Source: Candidatus Cloacimonadales bacterium
GTDB taxonomy: Bacteria; Cloacimonadota; Cloacimonadia; Cloacimonadales; JAFGVF01
NCBI GenBank assembly: GCA_963667035.1
Contig: OY762964.1
Span: forward strand, 2,048,001 to 2,112,000
Length of the DNA: 64,000 nucleotides
Reading direction: 5' to 3'
This document shows positions 41,669 to 51,689 of the stretch, piece by piece; the first letter of the stretch is position 1, and each line of letters opens with the position of its first letter. The translations under genes and the position numbers were made by a program. Under the pieces are notes generated by a model, which was not told the DNA's origin, did not search any database, and saw only the letters and a list, made by a program, of their open reading frames with translations.

Positions 41669-41930
41669 TCATGAGTAATAAGGAACTGCAAAAAAGTATA
41701 AAACAGCCATTGTTATACGTCTTACAGATAACTGTAACGTTCCATTACAATTCAACAATTAGTGTATCATATAATACATGTATGACATTAACTGCATGTT
41801 ATGTATATAATTAAATACTATTTATCATAAGAAACGCACATTAAGGTGCAACGTAGCGTTACATGCGTGCGATATCTGCGCACAAGCTTAAAAGGCTGTA
41901 TAACAACACGTTACGGATATTAAAACAAAT

Positions 41931-41946
41931 TGGCACAGATATGGCT
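41931..41946 (+). promoter_or_regulatory. Candidate sigma-54 (-24/-12) promoter
   Basis: TGGCACAGATATGGCT fits TGGCAC-N5-T(T)GC with exact GG-N10-GC spacing, ~50 bp before ATG 41998. Confidence 0.55.
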
Positions 41947-41997
41947 CTAACAATAAATTGTCGAAAACATTTATTGTTCTTTTGAAAAGGAGTTGAA

Positions 41998-44070
41998 ATG
42001 AGAATTTGTTTGTTATTGTTATTTACTATGGGGATAGCTCTGCTATCAAGTTTACAAATCAATGGGGATATAAATCAATCAATAGTTTGGTCTGAAGATG
42101 TTTATATAAATAGTGATGTAGTTGTCACAGGGACTTCAGTTCTGACTGTTAATCCGGGTATAAATGTTGTTTTTACAGGAAATTATGCCCTGGAGTTTAA
42201 CGATGAAGCAAGAATAATTGCCGGAGGTGAGGGGAATTCGGTCAGGTTCACGGCAGATTGGGATAACGATAGTACATTCGGAGAGACCGGAGTAAATAGT
42301 GAACGTTGGCATGGAATAAAATTCATGAACATGGACAGTCAAGCCGATTCCTCTTACTTCACCAATTGTATCTTTGAATATGGATATAAGGACGGAAGCG
42401 GAAGCGAGTCGGATGAACTAAATGGTGGAGCTGTCTATATAGACCATTTTTATAAAACCGAGTTCAATAATTGCAGTTTTAGAAACAATTCTGTTCACGG
42501 AGTCAGCTCTGCAATGGGGGGAGCTGTATACTTAAACTGGGGAGGTTCCATTTTTAGGAACTGCTCCTTCTATGATAATTCTTCTACTGTGGATTTTAGT
42601 TTCCGCTCTGATGGAGGAGCTATTTACGGAGTAAGACACGATATAGAACTATATAATTGTCATTTCTCAGGTAATACCGTTGATGACAGAGGAGGAGCTC
42701 TCACATTCATAGAGGGTTCATTTGCTTTACTATATAATGTTATTATGGATAATAATGAAGCTAATAGTGGTGGAGCATTGTTTGCGGAAAACACTTCACT
42801 ATACGTATCAAATGCAACAATAGCCGATAATCATGCAAGTAGCGGAGGAGCTTTATATAATAGATTTTGCGATGCATTATACGGTAACTGCATTATATAT
42901 GGTAACACTGTTAGCTTCAGAGGTTCACAGGTTTATAACTATTCAAGCGACCCGGTATTCAATAGTTGCTTGATAGAAGGAGCTGACACAAGTTTCTATA
43001 ATGAAGGTAACTGTAATTACGCTTACGATGCAGATTGCATTAATCTGAATCCACTGTTTGATAATAGCAATCCTAATATGCCATACTATCTAAGTTCCGA
43101 CTCACCGGCAATCGATAGTGGAGTGGAACAATGGTATTCATCTTTCTATCTATATGACTATCTGCTCAATCCAAGAATTGCTAACGATATAATAGATATG
43201 GGTGCTTATGAAATAGTAGGCAATGTGTTATTACAAGAAACACAGTTACAGTTTGGTGGAGTAAACGTCGATAGTAGTAGAATACTAATTTGCTATCTCT
43301 ATAACAGAGGAATGGATGCAGTTAACATAATCGATTATGAAATTGATAACAATGCTTTTTCTATATCTAATGATGAAGTTGTTCTACCTGCTGAGGATAG
43401 TCTACTTATTCGAGTAACTTTCGCTCCAAATTCAATGGGAGTAAGCAACGGAGGACTTACAATTCGTACAGATGCAGGAGATTTTGTTATAAGATTGAGT
43501 GGAAATGGGCTTGAGAGAATAATAAACTATGAATTTGGAATCATAACATACAACTGTCTTCTAGGTGAATCAAGAGAAATTGAGCTCTTATTGGAAAATA
43601 ATGGTAATCTGGGATTAGAGATTACACAGCTAAACTCAAACAATCCTAATCTTACTATAACAGAACCCTTACCTGTAACAATTGATGCAGATAGCTATGT
43701 AGAAGTTAGTTGCCTTTATACTCCCGATACTCTTGGAAGAGAGGATATAACAATAGCAGTTACTTCTAATGCTCATAACCAGCAAGTCTTAAATGTTGTA
43801 ATAAATGGAGTTGGGGATAAGTTACCTACTCCACAAAATGTACAAATAACAAACAATGAAAGTGTGATTGAACTAAACTGGGATGAAGTAAGTGTTACAG
43901 AGTACGGATATTCAATTGAAGATGTTACATATTTAATTGATATAAGTGCGACCCCTTCATTCGACCAATACGAACGAATAAATTGTAATAATAACTCTCA
44001 CCAATACATCCCCGGGGAAAATGTAAAGCAAGCTTGGTTCAGAGTATTAGCTCGACACATTAGTAATTAA
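41998..44070 (+). CDS. Secreted beta-helix protein (GGA(I/V/L)Y..F..N repeats) with choice-of-anchor Q/D Ig-like domains and an Fn3-like C-terminus
   Basis: Signal peptide, GGAVY/GGAIY/GGAL repeats, SPAIDSG..DMGAYE, LYNRG and LENNG Ig domains; RBS AGGAG. Confidence 0.85.
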   Translation: MRICLLLLFTMGIALLSSLQINGDINQSIVWSEDVYINSDVVVTGTSVLTVNPGINVVFTGNYALEFNDEARIIAGGEGNSVRFTADWDNDSTFGETGVNSERWHGIKFMNMDSQADSSYFTNCIFEYGYKDGSGSESDELNGGAVYIDHFYKTEFNNCSFRNNSVHGVSSAMGGAVYLNWGGSIFRNCSFYDNSSTVDFSFRSDGGAIYGVRHDIELYNCHFSGNTVDDRGGALTFIEGSFALLYNVIMDNNEANSGGALFAENTSLYVSNATIADNHASSGGALYNRFCDALYGNCIIYGNTVSFRGSQVYNYSSDPVFNSCLIEGADTSFYNEGNCNYAYDADCINLNPLFDNSNPNMPYYLSSDSPAIDSGVEQWYSSFYLYDYLLNPRIANDIIDMGAYEIVGNVLLQETQLQFGGVNVDSSRILICYLYNRGMDAVNIIDYEIDNNAFSISNDEVVLPAEDSLLIRVTFAPNSMGVSNGGLTIRTDAGDFVIRLSGNGLERIINYEFGIITYNCLLGESREIELLLENNGNLGLEITQLNSNNPNLTITEPLPVTIDADSYVEVSCLYTPDTLGREDITIAVTSNAHNQQVLNVVINGVGDKLPTPQNVQITNNESVIELNWDEVSVTEYGYSIEDVTYLIDISATPSFDQYERINCNNNSHQYIPGENVKQAWFRVLARHISN

Positions 44071-44085
44071 TTCTCAAAACAAACT

Positions 44086-44119
44086 AAAAGGGGTAGCTGA
44101 TTAGCTATCCCCTTTTTTT
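44086..44119. terminator. Bidirectional terminator between convergent genes
   Basis: AAAAGGGGTAGCT-GATT-AGCTATCCCCTTTTTTT. Confidence 0.7.
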
Positions 44120-45274
44120 CAATTGTTTCTCTTTTAGTAAGCTGTAATATAGATTTTCAATATCATTTACCAGACGTTCTGAAGAAAACATCTCATAGGC
44201 TTTCTTTGAGGCATTAGCACCAATATGAGAGAAATCATCACTGTTTTCCAACCAATTGGATATTGCACTAACAAATCCTTCTAAATCATCTTGATCAAAG
44301 TAAAAGCCATTAATGCCATTCTCAATAAAATCCGAAATACCACCAACATTGGTTGAAAAAACCACTTTCAGTTTAGACATAGCCTCAATGAGAGCTACAG
44401 GAGTACCTTCGTTAATAGATGTTAGCATAACTGCATCAGTTGCTGAATAGGCTAATCCCATGTCTTTAATCATTCCGGTAAAAATAATTCTATCGTTATT
44501 AGTGATATTTGTAGCTTTCTGCTTTATATCTTCTAGTAAATCTCCATCTCCAACGACCATAAAGTAAACATCATCATTCCTCTCAAGAACTTGTTCTGCA
44601 ATCTGAAGGAAGAATGAATGATTTTTAATGTGAGTAACTCTTCCAACTATCGAAACAACTTTCGCAGAAGCAGGGATATTAAACTTAGATCTAAATTGAT
44701 TCCTTTTAGAATCATTTACAACAATTCTTTCAAAATCAAAACCCAAAGGAATTACAACAATCTTCTCCGCAGGTGCAATAGATAGACTTATCAACTCACT
44801 CTTTTGTAACTCACTAATAGCAATAATCTTTGCTGAAAGTGAAGCTAAGATTCTGTCGATGAACACAAATACTCTTGTTTCAAAAGGTGTAAAATATCCA
44901 TTGTAAATGTTACCGTGGTATGTGTGTACTATTACAGGTACACGGCAAAGCCATGCAACAATTCTTGCAATACCACTTTTTGAAAGATGAGTATGCACTA
45001 TATCCGGCTTTTCTTTCCTGATAATCTTTATCATTTCAATTAAAGCAAAGATATCTCTAAAAAATGAAATCTCTCTACTAAGAGTTTTAATACATCTTGG
45101 AGTAATACCATATTCTGTGGCAACATAAGACATATCGGTCTCATGAGGTTCGATAACACCACATACTAGTTTAGATTTGAAATTAGTTTTATCTAATTTT
45201 GATGATAGAATCGACACATGTATTGTTGGTCCTCCAACACAGAGTCTTGTTATACTTCTTAATACTTTATACAT
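44105..45274 (-). CDS. Glycosyltransferase family 4
   Basis: ITRLCVGGP, VHTH, VGR...K, NEGTPVALIEAM. Confidence 0.92.
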   Translation of the reverse strand: MYKVLRSITRLCVGGPTIHVSILSSKLDKTNFKSKLVCGVIEPHETDMSYVATEYGITPRCIKTLSREISFFRDIFALIEMIKIIRKEKPDIVHTHLSKSGIARIVAWLCRVPVIVHTYHGNIYNGYFTPFETRVFVFIDRILASLSAKIIAISELQKSELISLSIAPAEKIVVIPLGFDFERIVVNDSKRNQFRSKFNIPASAKVVSIVGRVTHIKNHSFFLQIAEQVLERNDDVYFMVVGDGDLLEDIKQKATNITNNDRIIFTGMIKDMGLAYSATDAVMLTSINEGTPVALIEAMSKLKVVFSTNVGGISDFIENGINGFYFDQDDLEGFVSAISNWLENSDDFSHIGANASKKAYEMFSSERLVNDIENLYYSLLKEKQLKKRG

Positions 45275-46329
45275 TTGTTCTCCACAAGATTAATGAAAGC
45301 ACTTGCAACTTCTTGTACTTCGATTGAGTTTATACATTTAAAGTTATAGGGACACCCTTTTTGATTACAAGGTGAACAAGGTTCTTTATGAAAAAGAGCT
45401 ATACTATTCATTCCTAAAGGACCGGAAATAGATGGTAAATTTGGTCCCATAAGAGCTATGGTTTTTATGCCACTCATCCATGCAATATGCATTGGTCCAC
45501 TATCATTCCCAATAAAAATCAATGAACTTGAGATAAGCTTTTGAGTTTCTTTAAGATTCATACGACCCGCAAGGTCTTCTATATCATAGTTACTCTTTTC
45601 TTGAATCAACTTGTTTAAAACCTTATCTTGTGGTCCTCCGATTAGCTTAATATCTGATGATTGAATATTATATTTCTCAATCAATAAATTAATCAGACTA
45701 GCAAATCTTTCTGTTGGCCATCTTCTTCCTTCAAAATCTGCTCCTGCATGAATGATCACATTTTTCCCTGACGAGGAATAAAATGAGTTAATATCATTCA
45801 AGCTAACTCCAAGTGATTCTAATATTATATCACTTCTGTTCGCAAGATGCAAATCTCTCATCTCAATCATTTGTGATTCAACTTTATATCCAACAGCTTG
45901 AAACTTGAACGATGATATATATCGGGAAGTAAAGGATACAATATAACCGAGAACTCTTCGAGAGCTAAGAAGTGCTACGATACTATGTCTTAAAGCCCAG
46001 CCAGGAATAATGATTAAATCATATTTTCGTCGGCGAATCATCTTTATAGTTTTGTAATAGCTTTGATGTGGTATTACTTCCTCTAGCTCAACAAACTCGT
46101 TAATCAAATCTGTGTATGAAGAGGGAAAGCAACCAGAAACTTTAAAATTACTACTTTCTTTTAAGGATTTTATGAAAGGAACTAAGCAGATTACATCACC
46201 TATCCCCATTAAGTCAATCACCAAAACAGATTTAATCTCTTTAACAGATTTCGATGGTGTAAGTGTCTTTCTAAGCCAGTAAAGTACTGTAAAAAAAGAC
46301 ATTAATATGTGTTTAATTAGATTTCTCAT
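45259..46329 (-). CDS. Glycosyltransferase family 9 (heptosyltransferase-like)
   Basis: GIGDVI, HAGA...RRWP.ERF, GNDSGPMHIA, GP, CSPC. Confidence 0.9.
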   Translation of the reverse strand: MRNLIKHILMSFFTVLYWLRKTLTPSKSVKEIKSVLVIDLMGIGDVICLVPFIKSLKESSNFKVSGCFPSSYTDLINEFVELEEVIPHQSYYKTIKMIRRRKYDLIIIPGWALRHSIVALLSSRRVLGYIVSFTSRYISSFKFQAVGYKVESQMIEMRDLHLANRSDIILESLGVSLNDINSFYSSSGKNVIIHAGADFEGRRWPTERFASLINLLIEKYNIQSSDIKLIGGPQDKVLNKLIQEKSNYDIEDLAGRMNLKETQKLISSSLIFIGNDSGPMHIAWMSGIKTIALMGPNLPSISGPLGMNSIALFHKEPCSPCNQKGCPYNFKCINSIEVQEVASAFINLVENKCIKY

Positions 46330-47590
46330 TATGTTTGCTTAGCACTTCTATTAGCTGCTGAGTTTGAGATTCTCTTGAAAACTTATGTATGCTTTCATCA
46401 TCTCTGATAATATTGTAGTTCATTATTCTATTTACTGCTTCAAGTAGCATTGCTTCATTATTCGGTTGTGTAGCGACTCCAAGCTTATAATCATTAATAA
46501 GCTTCTCCAGTACTCCATCTTTAGGACATATTGCTAAAATCGGTTTGTTAAGTCTTATATATTCAAATACCTTTCCGGTAATAACTCCTTTAGATTTAAT
46601 ATCATCATTCACTATTAAAACTAATATATCAGCACCAGCTCCCATCTCTAAAGCTTGCTTATGAGATTTATATCCAAGATACTTAAAAAAAGAAAACTTA
46701 CTATTTACATCATTCAATATAGATTTTGGTATAGTACCAATACTTATAAACTGAAAGTCCATAGAGTTCTCTACTTTATGTAACGTCTCCAGAATTGGAA
46801 GTGGAGAGCGTTTATAATCATAAATCTTCCCCATATAAAAAAACGTGAATTTATCGAATTTCATCGGAACAATGTCATTAAAATCATCCTCGTCAAATCC
46901 GTTAAGAATCACTGTACTCTTGGATTTTAACTCGGGTATTATCTCAAAGTATTCCTCAAGTATTTGTTCAGTAGCAACAGTAAAATAATCACATTTCTTA
47001 AGAACCATGTTATCTAGTTTTTGTATTTTTCTGAGTCGAGTTCTGTTAACATTCTCAGAGAGCTTAGGTTCAAACTGCCATGAATCACGATAATCAGCTA
47101 CATAAAAAATTCTCGAGCCAAACTTCTTCTTAAGTTTCAACCCTATAAGTTGTGCAGAGAAAGGATAAGATGTGATAAATACTTTTTCGATACGCTCTTT
47201 TTTAATGACTTTACTTGCTTTATATATTGCAAAAGGAACCCATCCTATCTGTTTATCGTATGGGAAGATAAAATCGTTTACGAGTTTGATTATATTCCAG
47301 ATTATGGATTTTATTAATGAAGGTTCTTGATACTTAACAGAATCCTTGGTTTTAGCTATTGCGTCTCTTGCTTTACCTTTGATTCCCAAACTAGGTGTGT
47401 AATGAACAATAACAGACTTTGGTATATCATTACATAAAGTATAATCCAAAATGCTCTTAACAGGTTTTTTAGGAGTAATGACATGAACTTCATGACCTGC
47501 TTTTGAAAGGTATTTAACAAATTTTAATGCTCTTTGAACGCCACTTTCACCTGTAGGAGGAAACTCGTTTATAATCATTAAAACTTTCAT
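46313..47590 (-). CDS. Glycosyltransferase family 4
   Basis: FPP....GVQR..KFVKYL, DYRD.W, NGFD, GKVFEY. Confidence 0.88.
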   Translation of the reverse strand: MKVLMIINEFPPTGESGVQRALKFVKYLSKAGHEVHVITPKKPVKSILDYTLCNDIPKSVIVHYTPSLGIKGKARDAIAKTKDSVKYQEPSLIKSIIWNIIKLVNDFIFPYDKQIGWVPFAIYKASKVIKKERIEKVFITSYPFSAQLIGLKLKKKFGSRIFYVADYRDSWQFEPKLSENVNRTRLRKIQKLDNMVLKKCDYFTVATEQILEEYFEIIPELKSKSTVILNGFDEDDFNDIVPMKFDKFTFFYMGKIYDYKRSPLPILETLHKVENSMDFQFISIGTIPKSILNDVNSKFSFFKYLGYKSHKQALEMGAGADILVLIVNDDIKSKGVITGKVFEYIRLNKPILAICPKDGVLEKLINDYKLGVATQPNNEAMLLEAVNRIMNYNIIRDDESIHKFSRESQTQQLIEVLSKHNEKSN

Positions 47591-48813
47591 TTTAAACCTT
47601 CTACACGGTTTAATGGTCCTTTGCTTTTATACATCATTACTGTTGCTTTGTAGTGATTATACAACTCTGTATTCTTTCCTAGGAATCGTTCTTCTACTGA
47701 TTTTGCAGCATTTTTACTTAACTGAGCCTTCATATCCGGTTCATTTATCAGCATTTCAAGAGCTTCTTTAATATCATGAGGTGAACTTTTATCAACTAGC
47801 AATCCGGTATCTCGATCTTTAATTATATCCAAAGGACCCCAAGTTCTGGTTGCTATAACTGGTAAACCACAAGCCATAGCTTCTACTAATGCTAATCCAA
47901 ATGGCTCATACAAAGATGGGAAAACCATAACATCAGAGATTTTGTATAGATCAACAAGCTTACGCTGGTGGATATGATTAATGATTGTAAGTTTCTTATC
48001 AATACCCAATTCTTCTGCTTGCAAGATTAACTCATTTTTTAAAGGACCTCCTCCTACAAGAATAAGTTTAATATTGGGTGAATTTAACATAGCAATAGCT
48101 TTTATAATATCAGAATGGGCTTTTCTTTTTATAAAAAAGCCTACAGATAAGACAACGAAATCTTCATCTCTAAGATTAAAATCATGTCTTGAAAGCTTCG
48201 GTTCATTAGTATTGAAAATATTCCCATTATAACTGTTTTGGATAGTTATGCAATTTGCTTGTGGCTGAATCTTTCTTACAAATTCGGTAAAAGGTTTTGA
48301 TACTCCAATAACCGATGAGGCATTTAAAAGTGCTTTTTTATGCAATCTCAAAACTGATGTTTTCTGCATTCTAGCCCCCCCCATCTCAATAGAGTTAGGG
48401 TAGCATTTATACGAATCAGCTCCATGACTAGTTATGATGTAAGGGATACCCCATGCTTTTGATAGAAGCATGGCTGCATGACCTGATGGATACCCATTCT
48501 GTGCATGAATGACATCAAACTTAAGGGAATGATACTTCTTTTTTAACAAAAAATAGATCAATCTGGAACTGACTGATTGCATAATATGCTTTGGAAGAGA
48601 TGGATACACCGTTAATGAATAGAATTTATCTTCCAAACTATACTCAGAAAATTTATTCCTTACTTTCTCTGGATTATGTTTCGAATCACGGAAGTATGTC
48701 CAAGAACCTATATGAACATCAAAGTAGATTTCAATATCGTTCTTCTTCTTTAAATCATTAATCTGATTTTGAAGAAAAGATGAATCGTAGTCGTTTAAGA
48801 ATAGTACTCTCAC
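47587..48813 (-). CDS. Glycosyltransferase family 4 (TuaC-like)
   Basis: HAQNGYPSG, TSHGAD, PSLYEPFGLALVEAMACGLPVI. Confidence 0.9.
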   Translation of the reverse strand: MRVLFLNDYDSSFLQNQINDLKKKNDIEIYFDVHIGSWTYFRDSKHNPEKVRNKFSEYSLEDKFYSLTVYPSLPKHIMQSVSSRLIYFLLKKKYHSLKFDVIHAQNGYPSGHAAMLLSKAWGIPYIITSHGADSYKCYPNSIEMGGARMQKTSVLRLHKKALLNASSVIGVSKPFTEFVRKIQPQANCITIQNSYNGNIFNTNEPKLSRHDFNLRDEDFVVLSVGFFIKRKAHSDIIKAIAMLNSPNIKLILVGGGPLKNELILQAEELGIDKKLTIINHIHQRKLVDLYKISDVMVFPSLYEPFGLALVEAMACGLPVIATRTWGPLDIIKDRDTGLLVDKSSPHDIKEALEMLINEPDMKAQLSKNAAKSVEERFLGKNTELYNHYKATVMMYKSKGPLNRVEGLK

Positions 48814-50054
48814 TTGTTTTTCCTGATCAATGAATAGATAAAAGCATTACTTATTACACTACTAAGTATGTAAATTGTTGTTGTTGAATAGGCTGCTCCA
48901 ATGATGCCAATCTTTTGAATCAAGTATGCATCAAGTATAATATTAGTAACGCCACTAATCAAAGCTACTATTAGATTCCATTTAACTTTGTGAAGAGCTG
49001 CTAATGTGTTTCCGGCAGGTATACGAAAAGTACTTGCAAAGAAAAAGCCAATAATCAATACTCTAAAGGCAGGTACAGCTTCCATATATTTCTCGGTAAA
49101 TATGAGTTTAATTAAAAATGGAGCTCCAAAATAAAGAGTTATGACAATCGCTCCATTAACTAGAGCAAGCATCTTAATTAGTTTTAGATACTTAGTTCTT
49201 AAATACTCTTGATTGTTGATATTTTTGCAGAAATAAGGATAAACAAACGTCATTATCGAAATAGGTAGAAAAGTAAGATTAAAAGGTATCATTGAGGCTG
49301 TTTTATAAAGAGCAACAGCATTACCGGAACTAATAATCTGACCAATTAAATGAGTATCAATTAAGTAAAGAAATTGAGAAATAGCGTTGTTTAGTGTTGA
49401 AAGAAGTGAATACTTGATAAACTCTAATTTATTGATTACTATCCTAGTACTCTTTTCTATTCTCTCTTTATCTAGAATGAATGAAGCAATACTTGTTAGC
49501 ATCCATGTTGAAACAAAAGCTATTGCAAGTCCATTGACACCCCAGAAATAAGCAGATACAATTAAAAGAATTAAATGAGTTATTGCTCTAAAGATTGTCA
49601 AAGTTGAGAACAAGCGATTTTGAAGTCTTCCTCTGTAGTAATTGAGATACCCTTCCGAGTATCCGCTAAATATAACTGCAAAAAGAAGTATTTGTAACAA
49701 GCTCTTACTTTCAGGAATTTTTAAAGGAATAGTATAGATAATTATATAACCTATTACTACAATAACGATATTGGAAGCAAATGATAACTTTTTACCATAA
49801 CTCATATATGATAGACAAGTCTCTTTATCGGAATTCAAACTAACAAACTGGAGAATACCCATATGAAAACCTAAATTCTGAAAGAGAAAGAAAAACATGA
49901 GAAAGTTTAGTGAAAATGCCCATACACCATAATCATTAACAGGAAGTATTCTAACTAAAATAAAAGATGTAGCAAGCATGCAAAACTTCTGTAATACATT
50001 TGCTGTAAAAATATGCCCTAATCCATTCTTAAGTAAATATCTCAATAGATTCAT
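48810..50054 (-). CDS. wzx: Oligosaccharide flippase (Wzx/MOP family)
   Basis: RILPVNDYG, multiple TM segments, IGIIGAAYST; polysaccharide-cluster context. Confidence 0.85.
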   Translation of the reverse strand: MNLLRYLLKNGLGHIFTANVLQKFCMLATSFILVRILPVNDYGVWAFSLNFLMFFFLFQNLGFHMGILQFVSLNSDKETCLSYMSYGKKLSFASNIVIVVIGYIIIYTIPLKIPESKSLLQILLFAVIFSGYSEGYLNYYRGRLQNRLFSTLTIFRAITHLILLIVSAYFWGVNGLAIAFVSTWMLTSIASFILDKERIEKSTRIVINKLEFIKYSLLSTLNNAISQFLYLIDTHLIGQIISSGNAVALYKTASMIPFNLTFLPISIMTFVYPYFCKNINNQEYLRTKYLKLIKMLALVNGAIVITLYFGAPFLIKLIFTEKYMEAVPAFRVLIIGFFFASTFRIPAGNTLAALHKVKWNLIVALISGVTNIILDAYLIQKIGIIGAAYSTTTIYILSSVISNAFIYSLIRKNK

Positions 50055-51682
50055 AGCTTTGAATAAAAACTCAGTGCTTTAAGTAATGATACGACTCTTA
50101 ATCTATCACTAATATTTTCGCTTGAGAAGAGCATGTGTAAATCATCTTGCAATTGTCTATCCTGAACCAGTGTTTCATGTTCCGAATATGAATCATTAAG
50201 AAACAATCTGAAATCACTATTTTTTTTATACCAGTATTCAAATGGATTCATTGATGCGGTTTTTCCTGTCAATCTTCTTTGAATTGCCCATTTTATTCTT
50301 ATTGATTTCTTTTTTAAATGTGAATCAGAGAGTCTGCAACCATATTTCTCCACAATGGTCTTATCTGCTTCAGGTAATTTCTTTAAAATATAGTTTTCCA
50401 GTAGCATTCTTTTATATCTCAATTCAGGACTTGTATGAAATGCTAGAGTAAGAAAATCCTCATTAAGAAATATTGAGCTAACTTCCAGGATGGGATTTCC
50501 AATTAAAAAGGCATTTATCATCCCATTTACAGCCCTATTGTAAAATACAAATAACTCATCGTTAGGATACTTAGAATATTCGTTTAAGTAATCATCTTTA
50601 AAGCGAGAAATCAATACTCTATCTTTGTTAAACAAATCAATAGCTTTATTAGTATGACTTGGTCCTTGTAAATAACCACCAAAGCCTCCTTCACCAAGTC
50701 CGCCTGTATGCATAACAAAAAAGTTACTTGAATTAATATTATTGAGAACAAAAGGTAATCCGGTAGTCCCGTAATAATTAACTAGACCGAAATTAGATTG
50801 AATTGGTTTTTCCCAATCAGTTATAGATTTACAGTTATCAAGAGGATAAAATAGGATGTTATCATTATTAATCTCAGCAAGCTCAAGACTAATTCTGGCA
50901 TCAAGAGAGTCTTTCGCAGCATAGGTAAAGTGTACACAGTTTTCCGTATTATTTCTCTTTAAAAGATAGTATACTACCCTTGAGTCAAGCCCGCCACTAA
51001 GAGTAACTAAATGTTTTCTTTGTTTATAGTTATTCAGGTCAATATCTCTTTGTATAGCTTTTGAAAGGATATCGTCTATGGAGTTAAGTGAATAGTCCAA
51101 GTCGTCTATTTTAGATTCATTACTATACATATGATATCTTTTCTCAATTAATCCGTGTGTAGATATATTCAGAATTGTTCCGGGCTTAACTTTACTAATA
51201 TCTTCGTGTATTGTATTATTACCTAACATATAACCGAAAGTTAGCAATTGATAACAACCGGACAAAGAAATAGTATAAGATAATCCACATTCTTTAATCT
51301 TTTTAAGAATATGTATGTAGTTATTTGAGACGATTACTATATCATTGGATTCGAATAAAAATAGTGGTTTAGTATTAGCTCTATCGGTAACAATCTTAGT
51401 TATACTTCTTCTTTTATCAATCAAAATTAATGAATATCTACCTTCAAGTTTATCTTGGAAGTCTATATCTGATTTCATATATAAATCAATTATTAATTCT
51501 GCTGTGAGTGGGGTATCTATGGATGAAGCTAAATTCTTTCCGTAAACAACGCCCCAGACCAGTAGTTGATATTCAGGACTATTAAATACTATGTAATTTT
51601 GTATTGAATTCTCTCGTAATACACGAACATTATGATTATCATTATACGATTTTCTTTTGTAGATGTATTCAAAAATAAACAT
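50051..51682 (-). CDS. Asparagine-synthase-related (PP-loop) protein
   Basis: LEGRYS, TDR...KPLF, TLSGGLDSR, MNPFEYWY. Confidence 0.85.
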   Translation of the reverse strand: MFIFEYIYKRKSYNDNHNVRVLRENSIQNYIVFNSPEYQLLVWGVVYGKNLASSIDTPLTAELIIDLYMKSDIDFQDKLEGRYSLILIDKRRSITKIVTDRANTKPLFLFESNDIVIVSNNYIHILKKIKECGLSYTISLSGCYQLLTFGYMLGNNTIHEDISKVKPGTILNISTHGLIEKRYHMYSNESKIDDLDYSLNSIDDILSKAIQRDIDLNNYKQRKHLVTLSGGLDSRVVYYLLKRNNTENCVHFTYAAKDSLDARISLELAEINNDNILFYPLDNCKSITDWEKPIQSNFGLVNYYGTTGLPFVLNNINSSNFFVMHTGGLGEGGFGGYLQGPSHTNKAIDLFNKDRVLISRFKDDYLNEYSKYPNDELFVFYNRAVNGMINAFLIGNPILEVSSIFLNEDFLTLAFHTSPELRYKRMLLENYILKKLPEADKTIVEKYGCRLSDSHLKKKSIRIKWAIQRRLTGKTASMNPFEYWYKKNSDFRLFLNDSYSEHETLVQDRQLQDDLHMLFSSENISDRLRVVSLLKALSFYSKL

Positions 51683-51689
51683 ATCTCAA

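Noticed and set aside
41820..41915. Integron attC site
   Set aside because: No convincing RYYYAAC...GTTRRRY-bounded long palindrome, no integrase and no cassette array
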